From contig CAZEBC010000066.1 in assembly GCA_964510165.1 (NCBI GenBank), forward strand, positions 1-18,675: a stretch of DNA of 18,675 nt, written 5' to 3'. Made by a program: the position numbers and the translations under genes. Shown in pieces: positions 1-8,400 of this stretch. Below the pieces are notes generated by a model. It saw only the letters and a list, made by a program, of their open reading frames with translations, searched no databases and was not told where the DNA came from. Each line of letters opens with the position of its first letter. Within the stretch, counting starts at the first letter, position 1. Origin of the DNA: an uncultured bacterium. GTDB lineage: Bacteria; Abyssobacteria; SURF-5.

Positions 1-152
1 AGGACCGCGATCTGTTTGGCCTTCAGTAAGCGAGTGAACCTCGAAGTGAGTGAACCACGCTTGAGACATGTAGAAGGGGGTGATAGAGGGAAGCATTGGG
101 GGTGTGGCATGAGGCAATGGGCAGGAAGCAAGAACAACTTGGAGGCGATGGA

Positions 153-665
153 ATGAGTAGAATCAAGAGAAGCGGCATGATTACGATGTTTCTCGTACTG
201 TCGTTGTTGGCGTATCCATTTGCGGATGTCGCGACGGCGGCTCCCATTGGAGAACCTTTGGTGCTGAAGGCTGGGCCTCTGAAGGGCGCCGTAACCTACA
301 CGAGCGGCCGACCGGTGGCCAATGCCACCGTAAAGGTATTGGGCAAGGACGGCGCCACGGTTGCAAAAGGGCTCACTGACAAGGCGGGCCAATTCAGCCT
401 CAAGAGCTTGGACGCGGGCACGTACACGCTGAATGTCGGTGGCAAGTATGACCTTCCGCTTGTCCTTAAGGCCGAGGCCGCAGCGTCGGAGATGAAAGTC
501 GTAGTGCCGGAGAAGACGGCGGCCGCTGCTGGGGCGGCGGGCGGACTCACGATGACCCATGTCATCGTTGGCGGCGTTGTGGTGGCTGTGATAGCCGGCG
601 TCGCGATAGCCGCGTCTGATAGTGACGGGAGCAGCCACGGCACTCCGCCGCCGGTCAGCCCCTGA
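153..665 (+). CDS. Small secreted protein (170 aa): signal peptide, carboxypeptidase-regulatory-like (prealbumin-like beta-sandwich) domain, Ala/Gly linker, C-terminal hydrophobic helix and Ser/Asp/Pro tail
   Basis: GGAGG at 141-145 lies 7 nt before ATG153, which is preferred over TTG96 in the ORF track. The N-terminus MSRIKRSG-MITMFLVLSLLAYPFADVATA|AP fits a Sec signal. The pattern G.V...GRPV.NATV...TD..GQF....L.AGTY.L.V matches the carboxypeptidase-regulatory-like domain by eye. The protein ends AAAAGAAGGL-TMTHVIVGGVVVAVIAGVAIAA-SDSDGSSHGTPPPVSP. Confidence 0.8.
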   Translation: MSRIKRSGMITMFLVLSLLAYPFADVATAAPIGEPLVLKAGPLKGAVTYTSGRPVANATVKVLGKDGATVAKGLTDKAGQFSLKSLDAGTYTLNVGGKYDLPLVLKAEAAASEMKVVVPEKTAAAAGAAGGLTMTHVIVGGVVVAVIAGVAIAASDSDGSSHGTPPPVSP

Positions 666-767
666 AACTTCTCGCGCAGCCTCTTTCGAATGATGCATAA
701 GGCAGGCGTCTGGCGTGAGCACGGGACGCGGGTGAACGAAAGAGGCGATTGGGGACCGTCCTGTAAT

Positions 768-833
768 GTAGGGGCGCCCCCATGTGGGCGCCCGGGCGGC
801 CGTTCGTGGCGAGCCACGCCGAGCCGCCCCTAC
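768..833. repeat. Inverted pair of GTAG-tagged REP-like palindromes (REPIN-like)
   Basis: GTAG-GGGCGCCC-CCATGT-GGGCGCCC at 768-793. The reverse complement of 808-833 reads GTAGGGGCGGCTCGGCGTGGCTCGCC. The ends GTAGGGGCG (768-776) and CGCCCCTAC (825-833) are perfect inverted repeats. Confidence 0.7.
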
Positions 834-843
834 GGGGCGGCTT
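821..843 (+). terminator. GC-rich hairpin, possible terminator or mRNA-stability element between gene 1 and wza
   Basis: AGCCGCCCC-TAC-GGGGCGGCT forms a perfect 9-bp stem (822-830 with 834-842). No clear U-tract follows, so terminator function is uncertain. Confidence 0.35.
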
Positions 844-932
844 CGAACCACAGGACAGACTCATTGGCGCAGTCATTGGCGAAATTTGGGTGAAGACCTG
901 CTCGATGCAGAGAACCTGATGAGAGGTCTCAG

Positions 933-2105
933 ATGCGACTCGGTCACAGGGGTGAAGACCCGCATAAAGTCAAGCGCATTTCGGGGTTCATGCTCTCTTG
1001 CCTGATGATGAGCCTGTTGTTGGGCTGCAGTTCCGTGAAGGTTCGCAGTCCTGTCGGTCCGGCGGCGGGAGCTCAATACGTATCTTTTTCGAACGACCAG
1101 AGTCGGCAGTTGGCCGCCAGCACCCAATACCTGTTGTCGGAGCGGGCCGAGGATTATCGCATAGGCCCCGAGGACATGCTGGAGGTCACCATCTTTGAGT
1201 GGGAGTTGAGGGAGGAAACCAAGACGGTGGACGTTCGTGTCGCCGAGAGCGGCAGCATATCCCTGCCGGTGATCGGCGATATCGAGGCGGGCCAGAAAAC
1301 GGTCGCCGAAGTGAAGGGCATGATTGAAGACCGTCTGGTGGGTGGCGGTTTCATTATGGCCCCTCGCGTGAGCGTGAACGTGAAGGAATATCGAAGCAAG
1401 AAAGTCGCTGTCGTAGGCGCCGTCACTGACCCCGGCGTCTATACGCTTCGCCAGAATGTCACCACGTTGTTGGACATTCTTTCCCTGGCGGGCGGGTTAA
1501 ACGACAGAGCGGGGAACCTGCTGTATGTGGTGCGCCCGTCTGTCTCTGCGCAGGATTTTCTCCCTCACACGCCCGGCGCCGCCCCTGCCGAGGAGCAACT
1601 GCTGCAAGCGGCGGCCACAGGAAATCCGGGCAATCCCTCTCGGGCCGGAATCGGCGGCAGGTCTGCGGTTGAGAATCACGGAGAGGTCATCGCGGTTGAC
1701 CTGTACGAGTTAATGGAGATGGGCAATCTCTCGCTTAATGTCGTGCTTCAAACTGGAGATATTGTTAACGTCCCGGAGGCGAAGCGATTCGCGGTTATCG
1801 GGTATGTCGGAGAGCCTGGGAGTTTCCCATTGAAAAAACCCACGACGGTGCTCGAGGGGATCGCGATGGCCAAGGGGTTGAAGGTTCCGGATGCGTCTCC
1901 GGGTTATTGTACGCTGAGGCGCATGACCCCCGAAGGCGAGAAGATAATCCCTCTGAATTTACAGGCGATATCGGACGGCAAGGCGCCCAACCTGTATCTG
2001 CAGCCCGACGATGTGATCGAGGTGGGCCAAACCCCCGGACGGAAGGCCTTCCTAGGCGTGGTCGACGGTCTGAGGTACATTTTCAACGTGGGTTGGAGCC
2101 TATAG
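933..2105 (+). CDS. wza: Polysaccharide biosynthesis/export (OPX, Wza-family) lipoprotein with Poly_export and SLBB domains
   Basis: Lipobox LLG-C at residue 32. Poly_export signature YRIGPEDMLEV...VRV..SGSISLPVIGDIEA. SLBB segments VAVVGAVTDPGVY and VIGYVGEPGSF, with LQTGDIVNVP and LQPDDVIEV. GAGAGG lies upstream of ATG933, and the gene sits directly before wzc. Confidence 0.93.
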   Translation: MRLGHRGEDPHKVKRISGFMLSCLMMSLLLGCSSVKVRSPVGPAAGAQYVSFSNDQSRQLAASTQYLLSERAEDYRIGPEDMLEVTIFEWELREETKTVDVRVAESGSISLPVIGDIEAGQKTVAEVKGMIEDRLVGGGFIMAPRVSVNVKEYRSKKVAVVGAVTDPGVYTLRQNVTTLLDILSLAGGLNDRAGNLLYVVRPSVSAQDFLPHTPGAAPAEEQLLQAAATGNPGNPSRAGIGGRSAVENHGEVIAVDLYELMEMGNLSLNVVLQTGDIVNVPEAKRFAVIGYVGEPGSFPLKKPTTVLEGIAMAKGLKVPDASPGYCTLRRMTPEGEKIIPLNLQAISDGKAPNLYLQPDDVIEVGQTPGRKAFLGVVDGLRYIFNVGWSL

Positions 2106-2156
2106 CCGACCAGTGCTGTACTGGCTGTATTAAGGGAGAAGGCGGAGGCACGCACC

Positions 2157-4394
2157 GTGAAAGAACAGATGGAACTGATGAACCGCAAGGCAGAACTGTC
2201 GGCGTGGGCGAGCCTGAATGTCGGTCCTCATCTTAAAGATTATCTCAGGGTTGTGAGCGTTCGGCGCTGGGTATTCCTCTGCGCGTTCGTGTCGGTCGTG
2301 CTGACTGTCGCGGTGTGGGTGTTTGTGCGCACACCCATATACCGGGCCGAAAGCATGCTCTTGATCGAGCCGGTGAAGGTTAATCTCACCGAATTCAAGG
2401 CAGTCTACGATCCCACGCTGGGGGAGGCGGGCGGACACCTCGCCAATCAGGAGTTTCTGGAAACACAGTACAACTTGATCGTCTCGCGTCCTTTGCTCGA
2501 GCAGACTTTTGAGAAGTTCGGATACGGGTCCATGCAGGAGTTCAAAGACAAGAAGGAGCCGATCGAGAAATTTGCCAAATTGTTCCGCGTCATCCCCGTT
2601 CGAAGGTCGCGTCTTGCGACAGTCACATTCGAATGGAAAGACCCCGAATTGGCCGCGCGGACCGTGGATTTCCTGGTGAACGAGTATATTGCCGACTATC
2701 GCAAGCGCGCGCTCGGGGTAACCCGTGAGGGCTTGTCGGCATTGCGCGAAAAGGCGGAGGAACTGAGGCCGCAGGTTGACGCCAAGGCCAACGAGTTGCA
2801 GAAATTCAGGGCTGATCACAATATGGTGTCGCTTGAAGAGACCCAAAACATAGTGGTGGAGCGCCTGAAAGACATCAGCAAAAACCTGACCGAAGTGGAG
2901 AGGATTCGTATTGAAGTCGAAAGCGACTATCTGTCCATCGAGCGCGCTCTCGCCGGCGAATTCCAGATGGAGAATCTGCCCGAAATCGCGAGCAGTGAGA
3001 CGATTCGCGACCTCAAGCTGGAATACATAAAGACGAAGCAGCGGTACAGTGATCTTGGAAAATCATTTGGGCCGAACCATCCGGAGGTGAAGGCGGCGCA
3101 GGCTATCCTCGACGCGATCAAGGAAAAGACCGAAGCCGAGATGATAAGCATTCTCAAGACCGTCAAAGCCGAGTACGAACGCGCGGTCAATCGGGAGAAG
3201 CAACTGCGAGATGAACTCCGGAAGCAGGAAGAGGAGGTTATGGAGTTTAACCGGCTCGCCGTCGAATACAAGGCGCTGGCGGACGACTGCGATACTTTGA
3301 GACGAACATACAACGCCGTTGCGAAACGCATCGAGGAGATCGAGATCGCAACCGCCGCCGGCTCGAAGGGGGATAACATATTCATCATTTCAGCTCCGCG
3401 AGTTCCCATGAAACCGGTCAAACCGCGCAAGGCGCTTTCGCTTGCGATAGCCTTGGTCTTTGGGGCCTCACTGGGCGTGGGTCTGTGCTTCCTGGTCGAC
3501 TATCTCGACACCACGGTCAAGACCAAGGAGGACGTCGAGGCGCTCATGGGTGTGCCTGTGATCGGCTATATCCCCGGCATCGAGGACGGCCACGCAAACG
3601 GCGTCCACTCAGACTTGCCAGTCGAGTTGCACTTGTTGAAGGAACCGCGTTCGGCGGTTGCCGAGGCGTTCAGGTCTATTCGCACTGCTATTGCGTTTTC
3701 CAGCAATAATGGAGGTCTGAAGCAGCTCATCGTCACGAGTTCAGACCGTAGCGAAGGCAAATCAATGAGCAGCGTGAACATATCGGTCGTCATGGCGCAG
3801 ACCGGAAAGAGCGTGTTGCTGGTTGATGCGGACTTGAGGAAGCCGAGACTGCACAAGGTGTTCGGAGTCGCGCCCTCGCCGGGGCTTAGCAACCTGCTGG
3901 TTGGTGAGGGGGCTTCCTCTCTTGACGAGGCCATCCGAAAAGTGGAAGGAATTGACAACCTCTATTTGCTTCCGAGCGGTCCGATGCCCCCAAATCCCGC
4001 GGAACTTCTCCAAAGTTCCCGGATGAAGCAGTTGCTTGAGGAAATGGGGAGCCGATTTGACATCACGATATTGGATACGCCTCCCTTGGTGAGCGTTACT
4101 GACGCCGCCGTCCTGTGTCAGTACGTGAAGAACGTGGTGATGGTCGTTCGCAGCTTTTCCACGCAGCGAGAAATCATTGCTCGCGCCAGAGAAATCATTT
4201 CGGAAACCAACAGCAAGGTGCTCGGGATGGTGCTTAACAACGTTGATGTCCCAAGGGGCGAATATCACAGCTATTACTACGGCTACTATTACGGATACGG
4301 CGACGAGGACGGGAAGAGAACAAAGAAGGGGCTGAGCAGGAACGGCAAGAGCCGGCGCAAAGCTCTTGCGAGAGGCAATGGAAGCAACACTTGA
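2157..4394 (+). CDS. wzc: Polysaccharide co-polymerase / BY tyrosine autokinase (Wzc/GumC family)
   Basis: GGAGG precedes GTG2157. Two TM helices flank a coiled-coil periplasmic region (GPNHPEV, PVKPRK). The kinase domain shows AEAFRSIRT, Walker A SSDRSEGKS, A' LLVDADLRKP and Walker B ILDTPP. C-terminal Tyr cluster EYHSYYYGYYYGY. Confidence 0.96.
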   Translation: MKEQMELMNRKAELSAWASLNVGPHLKDYLRVVSVRRWVFLCAFVSVVLTVAVWVFVRTPIYRAESMLLIEPVKVNLTEFKAVYDPTLGEAGGHLANQEFLETQYNLIVSRPLLEQTFEKFGYGSMQEFKDKKEPIEKFAKLFRVIPVRRSRLATVTFEWKDPELAARTVDFLVNEYIADYRKRALGVTREGLSALREKAEELRPQVDAKANELQKFRADHNMVSLEETQNIVVERLKDISKNLTEVERIRIEVESDYLSIERALAGEFQMENLPEIASSETIRDLKLEYIKTKQRYSDLGKSFGPNHPEVKAAQAILDAIKEKTEAEMISILKTVKAEYERAVNREKQLRDELRKQEEEVMEFNRLAVEYKALADDCDTLRRTYNAVAKRIEEIEIATAAGSKGDNIFIISAPRVPMKPVKPRKALSLAIALVFGASLGVGLCFLVDYLDTTVKTKEDVEALMGVPVIGYIPGIEDGHANGVHSDLPVELHLLKEPRSAVAEAFRSIRTAIAFSSNNGGLKQLIVTSSDRSEGKSMSSVNISVVMAQTGKSVLLVDADLRKPRLHKVFGVAPSPGLSNLLVGEGASSLDEAIRKVEGIDNLYLLPSGPMPPNPAELLQSSRMKQLLEEMGSRFDITILDTPPLVSVTDAAVLCQYVKNVVMVVRSFSTQREIIARAREIISETNSKVLGMVLNNVDVPRGEYHSYYYGYYYGYGDEDGKRTKKGLSRNGKSRRKALARGNGSNT

Positions 4395-4428
4395 TAGAGA
4401 CAGTGGGCTGCCATTCTGAGCATCTGCA

Positions 4429-4447
4429 CTCCCGCCTGCGGCGGGAG
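4429..4447 (+). terminator. Hairpin downstream of wzc, either a terminator-like element or a degenerate palindromic repeat unit
   Basis: CTCCCGCC-TGC-GGCGGGAG forms a perfect 8-bp stem. No strong U-tract follows, and the core resembles the adjacent TCCCGC...GCGGGA repeats. Confidence 0.35.
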
Positions 4448-4470
4448 ACTTGACTAAGAAACAGCAATTT

Positions 4471-4563
4471 TGGATTCTCGCTTTCGCGGGAATGACGGTA
4501 TGGGTGAGCATCTCAATAAGTCATTCCCACATTCCAAATGTCATTCCGAAAGCGGGAATCCAG
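4471..4563. repeat. Cluster of CGTC-tagged / dRS3-like (ATTCCC-N8-GGGAAT type) palindromic repeats
   Basis: 4471-4497 is TGGATTCTCGCTTTCGCGGGAATGACG (reverse complement CGTCATTCCCGCGAAAGCGAGAATCCA). A partial copy GTCATTCCC lies at 4520-4528. An oppositely oriented copy GTCATTCC[3-nt gap]GAAAGCGGGAATCCAG lies at 4540-4563. Confidence 0.8.
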
Positions 4564-4617
4564 GAAAGATATGGGTGTTATCTCGGAAGGTTGGTATTCC
4601 GTGGAAGCGATGGCCGG

Positions 4618-5421
4618 ATGATTGATTTGCACGCCCACATTCTCCCGGGGCTCGATGACGGACCCGCCAGGATGGAAGAGGCTGTGGCCATGTGTCGGAT
4701 TGCCGCCGACGACGGAACAATGGCAATAGTGGCCACCCCTCACATGTTCGGCGAGATTCACAATGTGAGCCGCTCCGAAATACTTGAAGGCGTACGCGAG
4801 TTGCAAACGGCGCTTGAGCGAGAAGGTATCGGCCTGGTTGTAAAGCCGGGCGCCGACGTTCACGCGGTTCCCAATCTCAACAAACTGCTTCGAGGCGGAG
4901 AGGTGATGACCATCGGCGACGGCGGCAAGTACCTCTTGATAGAGCTACCCCATGACGTGTTGCCGCAGGGATTGGCCGGACTGCTCTTCTCGATACAGGT
5001 GCTCGGCCTGATTCCGATCATTTCACATCCTGAACGCAACCTCGCGGCTCAAGCCAACCCTTTCAGCCTGACCGAGTACGTTGAGAGCGGCAACCTCATC
5101 CAATTGACTGCGGGGAGTCTGCTGGGAGAATTCGGTGAGGATGCCCGACAGTGCGCAGAAACATTGCTCGTTTCTCGCCTCGCGCATCTGATTGCGAGCG
5201 ACGCGCATTCGGCGGAGCGGCGGCGTCCCGGCCTGAGTCACGCGCTCGCGCGTGTCCGACAACTCTTGTCGGAGGACGAAGCCGAAGAGATATTCGTGCA
5301 TCGCCCGCTCAAGGTGTTGGCCGGATGCTATTTTGCCGTGCCTGAGCCGATCAGACAGATAGAGAAGAAGAGAAAGTTTGCGTGGATGGGTTTCAGGGAC
5401 GGGGCCAAGTCCGCTGTCTGA
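4618..5421 (+). CDS. cpsB: CpsB/CapC-family PHP-domain tyrosine-protein phosphatase (267 aa)
   Basis: Starts with the family N-terminus MIDLHAHILPGLDDG at ATG4618. Other motifs: ATPH, LLIELP, SHPERN, ASDAHSAERR. It follows wzc. The track's extension from 4450 is translated repeat DNA. Confidence 0.92.
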   Translation: MIDLHAHILPGLDDGPARMEEAVAMCRIAADDGTMAIVATPHMFGEIHNVSRSEILEGVRELQTALEREGIGLVVKPGADVHAVPNLNKLLRGGEVMTIGDGGKYLLIELPHDVLPQGLAGLLFSIQVLGLIPIISHPERNLAAQANPFSLTEYVESGNLIQLTAGSLLGEFGEDARQCAETLLVSRLAHLIASDAHSAERRRPGLSHALARVRQLLSEDEAEEIFVHRPLKVLAGCYFAVPEPIRQIEKKRKFAWMGFRDGAKSAV

Positions 5422-5439
5422 CAGCCGTCCCGGATCGCC

Positions 5440-8400
5440 GTGCACAGGATGCGGGTTGTCGGAAGCCTTTGTCGAAAAATGAAACGAATGCCATCACGTA
5501 ATACGGAGCGGACGTATGCCCGCAAGGGTGGCATTGACATCGCCATCGAGGCAATCCTCATCGCAACGCTCGTGCTTTCACCCCTTGCCTTAGGCTCGGT
5601 GGCTCCTTGGGCTCGAAGCCTGCTCATGCTCGTCGGACTCCTCCTGTTTAACTTGTGGCTGCTGCGCTCGGTGCTTGCCGGTGAAATCTCTATCATGAAG
5701 AGTCCGGCGTGGATTCTTGTTGCTCTGTTCATTGTTCTTGCATTCATTCAAGTCATCCCCTTTCCACCTGGTGTCCTGCGCATACTCTCTCCCGCCGCAT
5801 GGCACAGCTATTCCGAGGCCTTGGGCGAACGGTTTCCTGCAGGAAGCGTAAGAACGCTCTCTCTGAATCCGTATTACACGCTAAGAGAAATCATGAGACT
5901 TGCCGCAGTAGGCATGGTTTTCTTCATGGTTCTCAATTCGGCGAGGGCGCGGTGGCAGGTGAAGGGGCTGGCATTTGCGCTTATGGCCGTCGGTTCATTC
6001 GAGGCCCTGTACGGACTTGCCGAGCAGTTTTCCGGGCACAAGCATATCTTCTGGCTCGCTCGACAGCATCATCTTGAGGCAGTCACCGGCACATTTCACA
6101 ACAAGAACCACTTTGCAGGATTGCTCGAGATGGTGATACCCCTGACGCTGGGATGTCTCGTTGCGCTCGACAGGTCCCGTGCCAGGGATTCTTCAGCGCG
6201 GGCTTCGGGCCTTGGTAAGCAGATCACGCTTGCCGCCTTAACGATAATCATGATCGTCGCAGTGTTCTTCTCGCTTTCACGGACGGGGATCGTGTGCGTC
6301 ATTGCCTCGATAGCCGCGCTCCTGCTGATTGCGGCGGCGCAGGCGCACTTTCGAGGTTACGCATTTGCAGTGATTGCGATAGGCGCGGCTGTAGCGACGA
6401 TAGCCGTAGCGATCGGAATTGATTATGTCATCGCAGCGGTCGGGGACGTTGCGGGCGGGCAGTCGGCATCGTGGATAGAACGCCTGATTCTTGCCCGCGG
6501 GGCTCTTGCGCTTATCCGAGATTACCCGCTTTTTGGAACCGGCCTGGGAACCTTCGCGGGTACGTTTGGCGGCTACCAGTCTCCTCATTTCGCCGACGCA
6601 TGGGTGAATTTCCTGCACAATGACTGGCTCCAGATATTCTGTGAGATGGGTTTATTAGGAGGGGCCATAGTCGTTGCCGGCACGTTGTGGGTTGTGCACA
6701 GACTGTTCAAATCGATAAGGAGGCAAGACGACACCTTCCTTCGATGGATGGCGACAGGCGCGTTGCTCGGCGTGCTTTCGATGCTGTTTCACAGCTTTCT
6801 GGACTATAACCTTTCCAGGATTACCTCGAACGGGATTGCCTTTGCGGCCACTTTGGGAATAGGCATTGTGGCGGCTAATATGGAAGCAGGCCAGGAACGC
6901 TTCATCGGAGGTTTCTGGCGGCTTCGCCTCGGTCAGCTTCCCGTTCGAATGGCTGTCGTTTCGATCGGACTGGGCGCCTCAGTCTGCGCGCTACCGGCAT
7001 TGCTCAAATCCGCTGCAGCCGATATCTCGTTCAACCGATATCTTGCGGAGACAACCGGAAAGACTGAAGATTATTTCTTCCTCCCTGTTTGCACGGATGC
7101 GTCAGACGAAGATGGGGACTCCGGCGTCAAGCACCTGCTAAAAGCATTGGAGAACCAGCCGCGCAATCCCGAGTATCTCTACCATTGCGCCCTGTACTCG
7201 CTTCGGTGCGCCGAGGAATTTCTGCGTTGCGAATCCAAACGCCGCGCCGTGGCGCTTCTAGGGCCCGCATCGAAAAAGGGTGAACCCGAACTCGAGCATG
7301 TGGCCACCGCTTTGGCCAATAATCTGAGGCCGTTGACAATTGCGGAACGAAGCCCTCATCTGGTCACGGCACTGGATTTTATGAACAAGGCCATTGAAAC
7401 GGCGCCGACAGAAGCGCGGTATCACATTGCGTGCGCAAAGATTCTGGCCGAATTGAATGGGTATACGCAGGCTCGACGTGAAGTCGAAACCGCGCTGCTG
7501 TTCGCGCCGGCCAGCCCCGATGTCCTGCTCGAGTCGGCCAGGATTCTTGTTACTGGAGACGATGAATCTTCGGATTCGAACACCGAAGCTGTCAGTTTGG
7601 CTCAGTCATACCTGCGCGCGACGATGTACGCCAACCCATCGTATGCCGAAAGGGTTTACTCCCTGGCGCGTTCGATGGATGAGCGCCAGGCGCTCCTTTT
7701 CTCAATTACGCCTCCGAGCCTTAAAGCATATGAGGCGCTTTACCTGACCTGTTGGAAATCGGGGCAATGGGATGCTGCGCTGGACTGTCTGGACGCGTTG
7801 GACCACATGGCGGACCGCCGCCAGGCTCTCGGCGTTCACGTCGCCCTCGCCGACATCGAGAAGATGGCTCACGTGGCGGCGTCGGGTGAACCGATAAAGG
7901 GCGCGGCCGCATATGACCCGCGCACGCCGCTACATATCAAAGCATCAATAGCTCAGCGGCGCGGCGTCATATTTGGAATCCTGGGCCGATGGGATGAGCG
8001 CTCCGGGGCGGCGGCGAGTTACCGAACGTGTATGCGTGAGGGCGACGAGAAGCTGCGTCTTGAGGCCGAACGGCTGCAACGCCTTGGCCGGTACCGGGAG
8101 GCTGCTGCGACTTATCTTGATATCCTTGAACGGGATTGGTCTGATCCGGGTGCACTGCTTGAGCTCGCCGAGCTTGCGTCGCTCCCGGGAATGGCGGACT
8201 CCATGCCGCAGTGGAACGGTCCGCTCGATCTCCTGTATCGCCTTGTCATCAACGCCACTGAATTATCGCCCGATACCTACGAGCAGGCACTCCGACTCCT
8301 GGACGGCCACTCCTTGCGCGGTCCCTACGATACGGTCACCGGCGCCTTTATTCGAGGCGCGGGCGCGATCCTGGCGGGTCGGCCGGAAGAAGGCATCTCA

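Noticed and set aside
865-881. Sigma-54-like TGGCGC...TTGGC upstream of wza
   Set aside because: The spacing is GG-N11-GC rather than the strict GG-N10-GC.
880-930. Hammerhead ribozyme-like words CGAAA (880-884) and CTGATGAG (916-923)
   Set aside because: Stems II and III and the UH cleavage site could not be paired in the permutation these words imply.
666-932. Short ORFs 690-893, 784-1005 and 655-876
   Set aside because: They run through REP palindromes, have low-complexity translations and show no family features.
4262-4300. TAC/TAT-rich tandem-like repeat
   Set aside because: It encodes the Wzc tyrosine autophosphorylation cluster, so it is not an independent repeat or CRISPR.
4450-4617. 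Hydrophobic, signal-like N-terminal extension of the phosphatase
   Set aside because: It is translated palindromic repeat DNA; the family consensus begins at MIDLHAH (4618).
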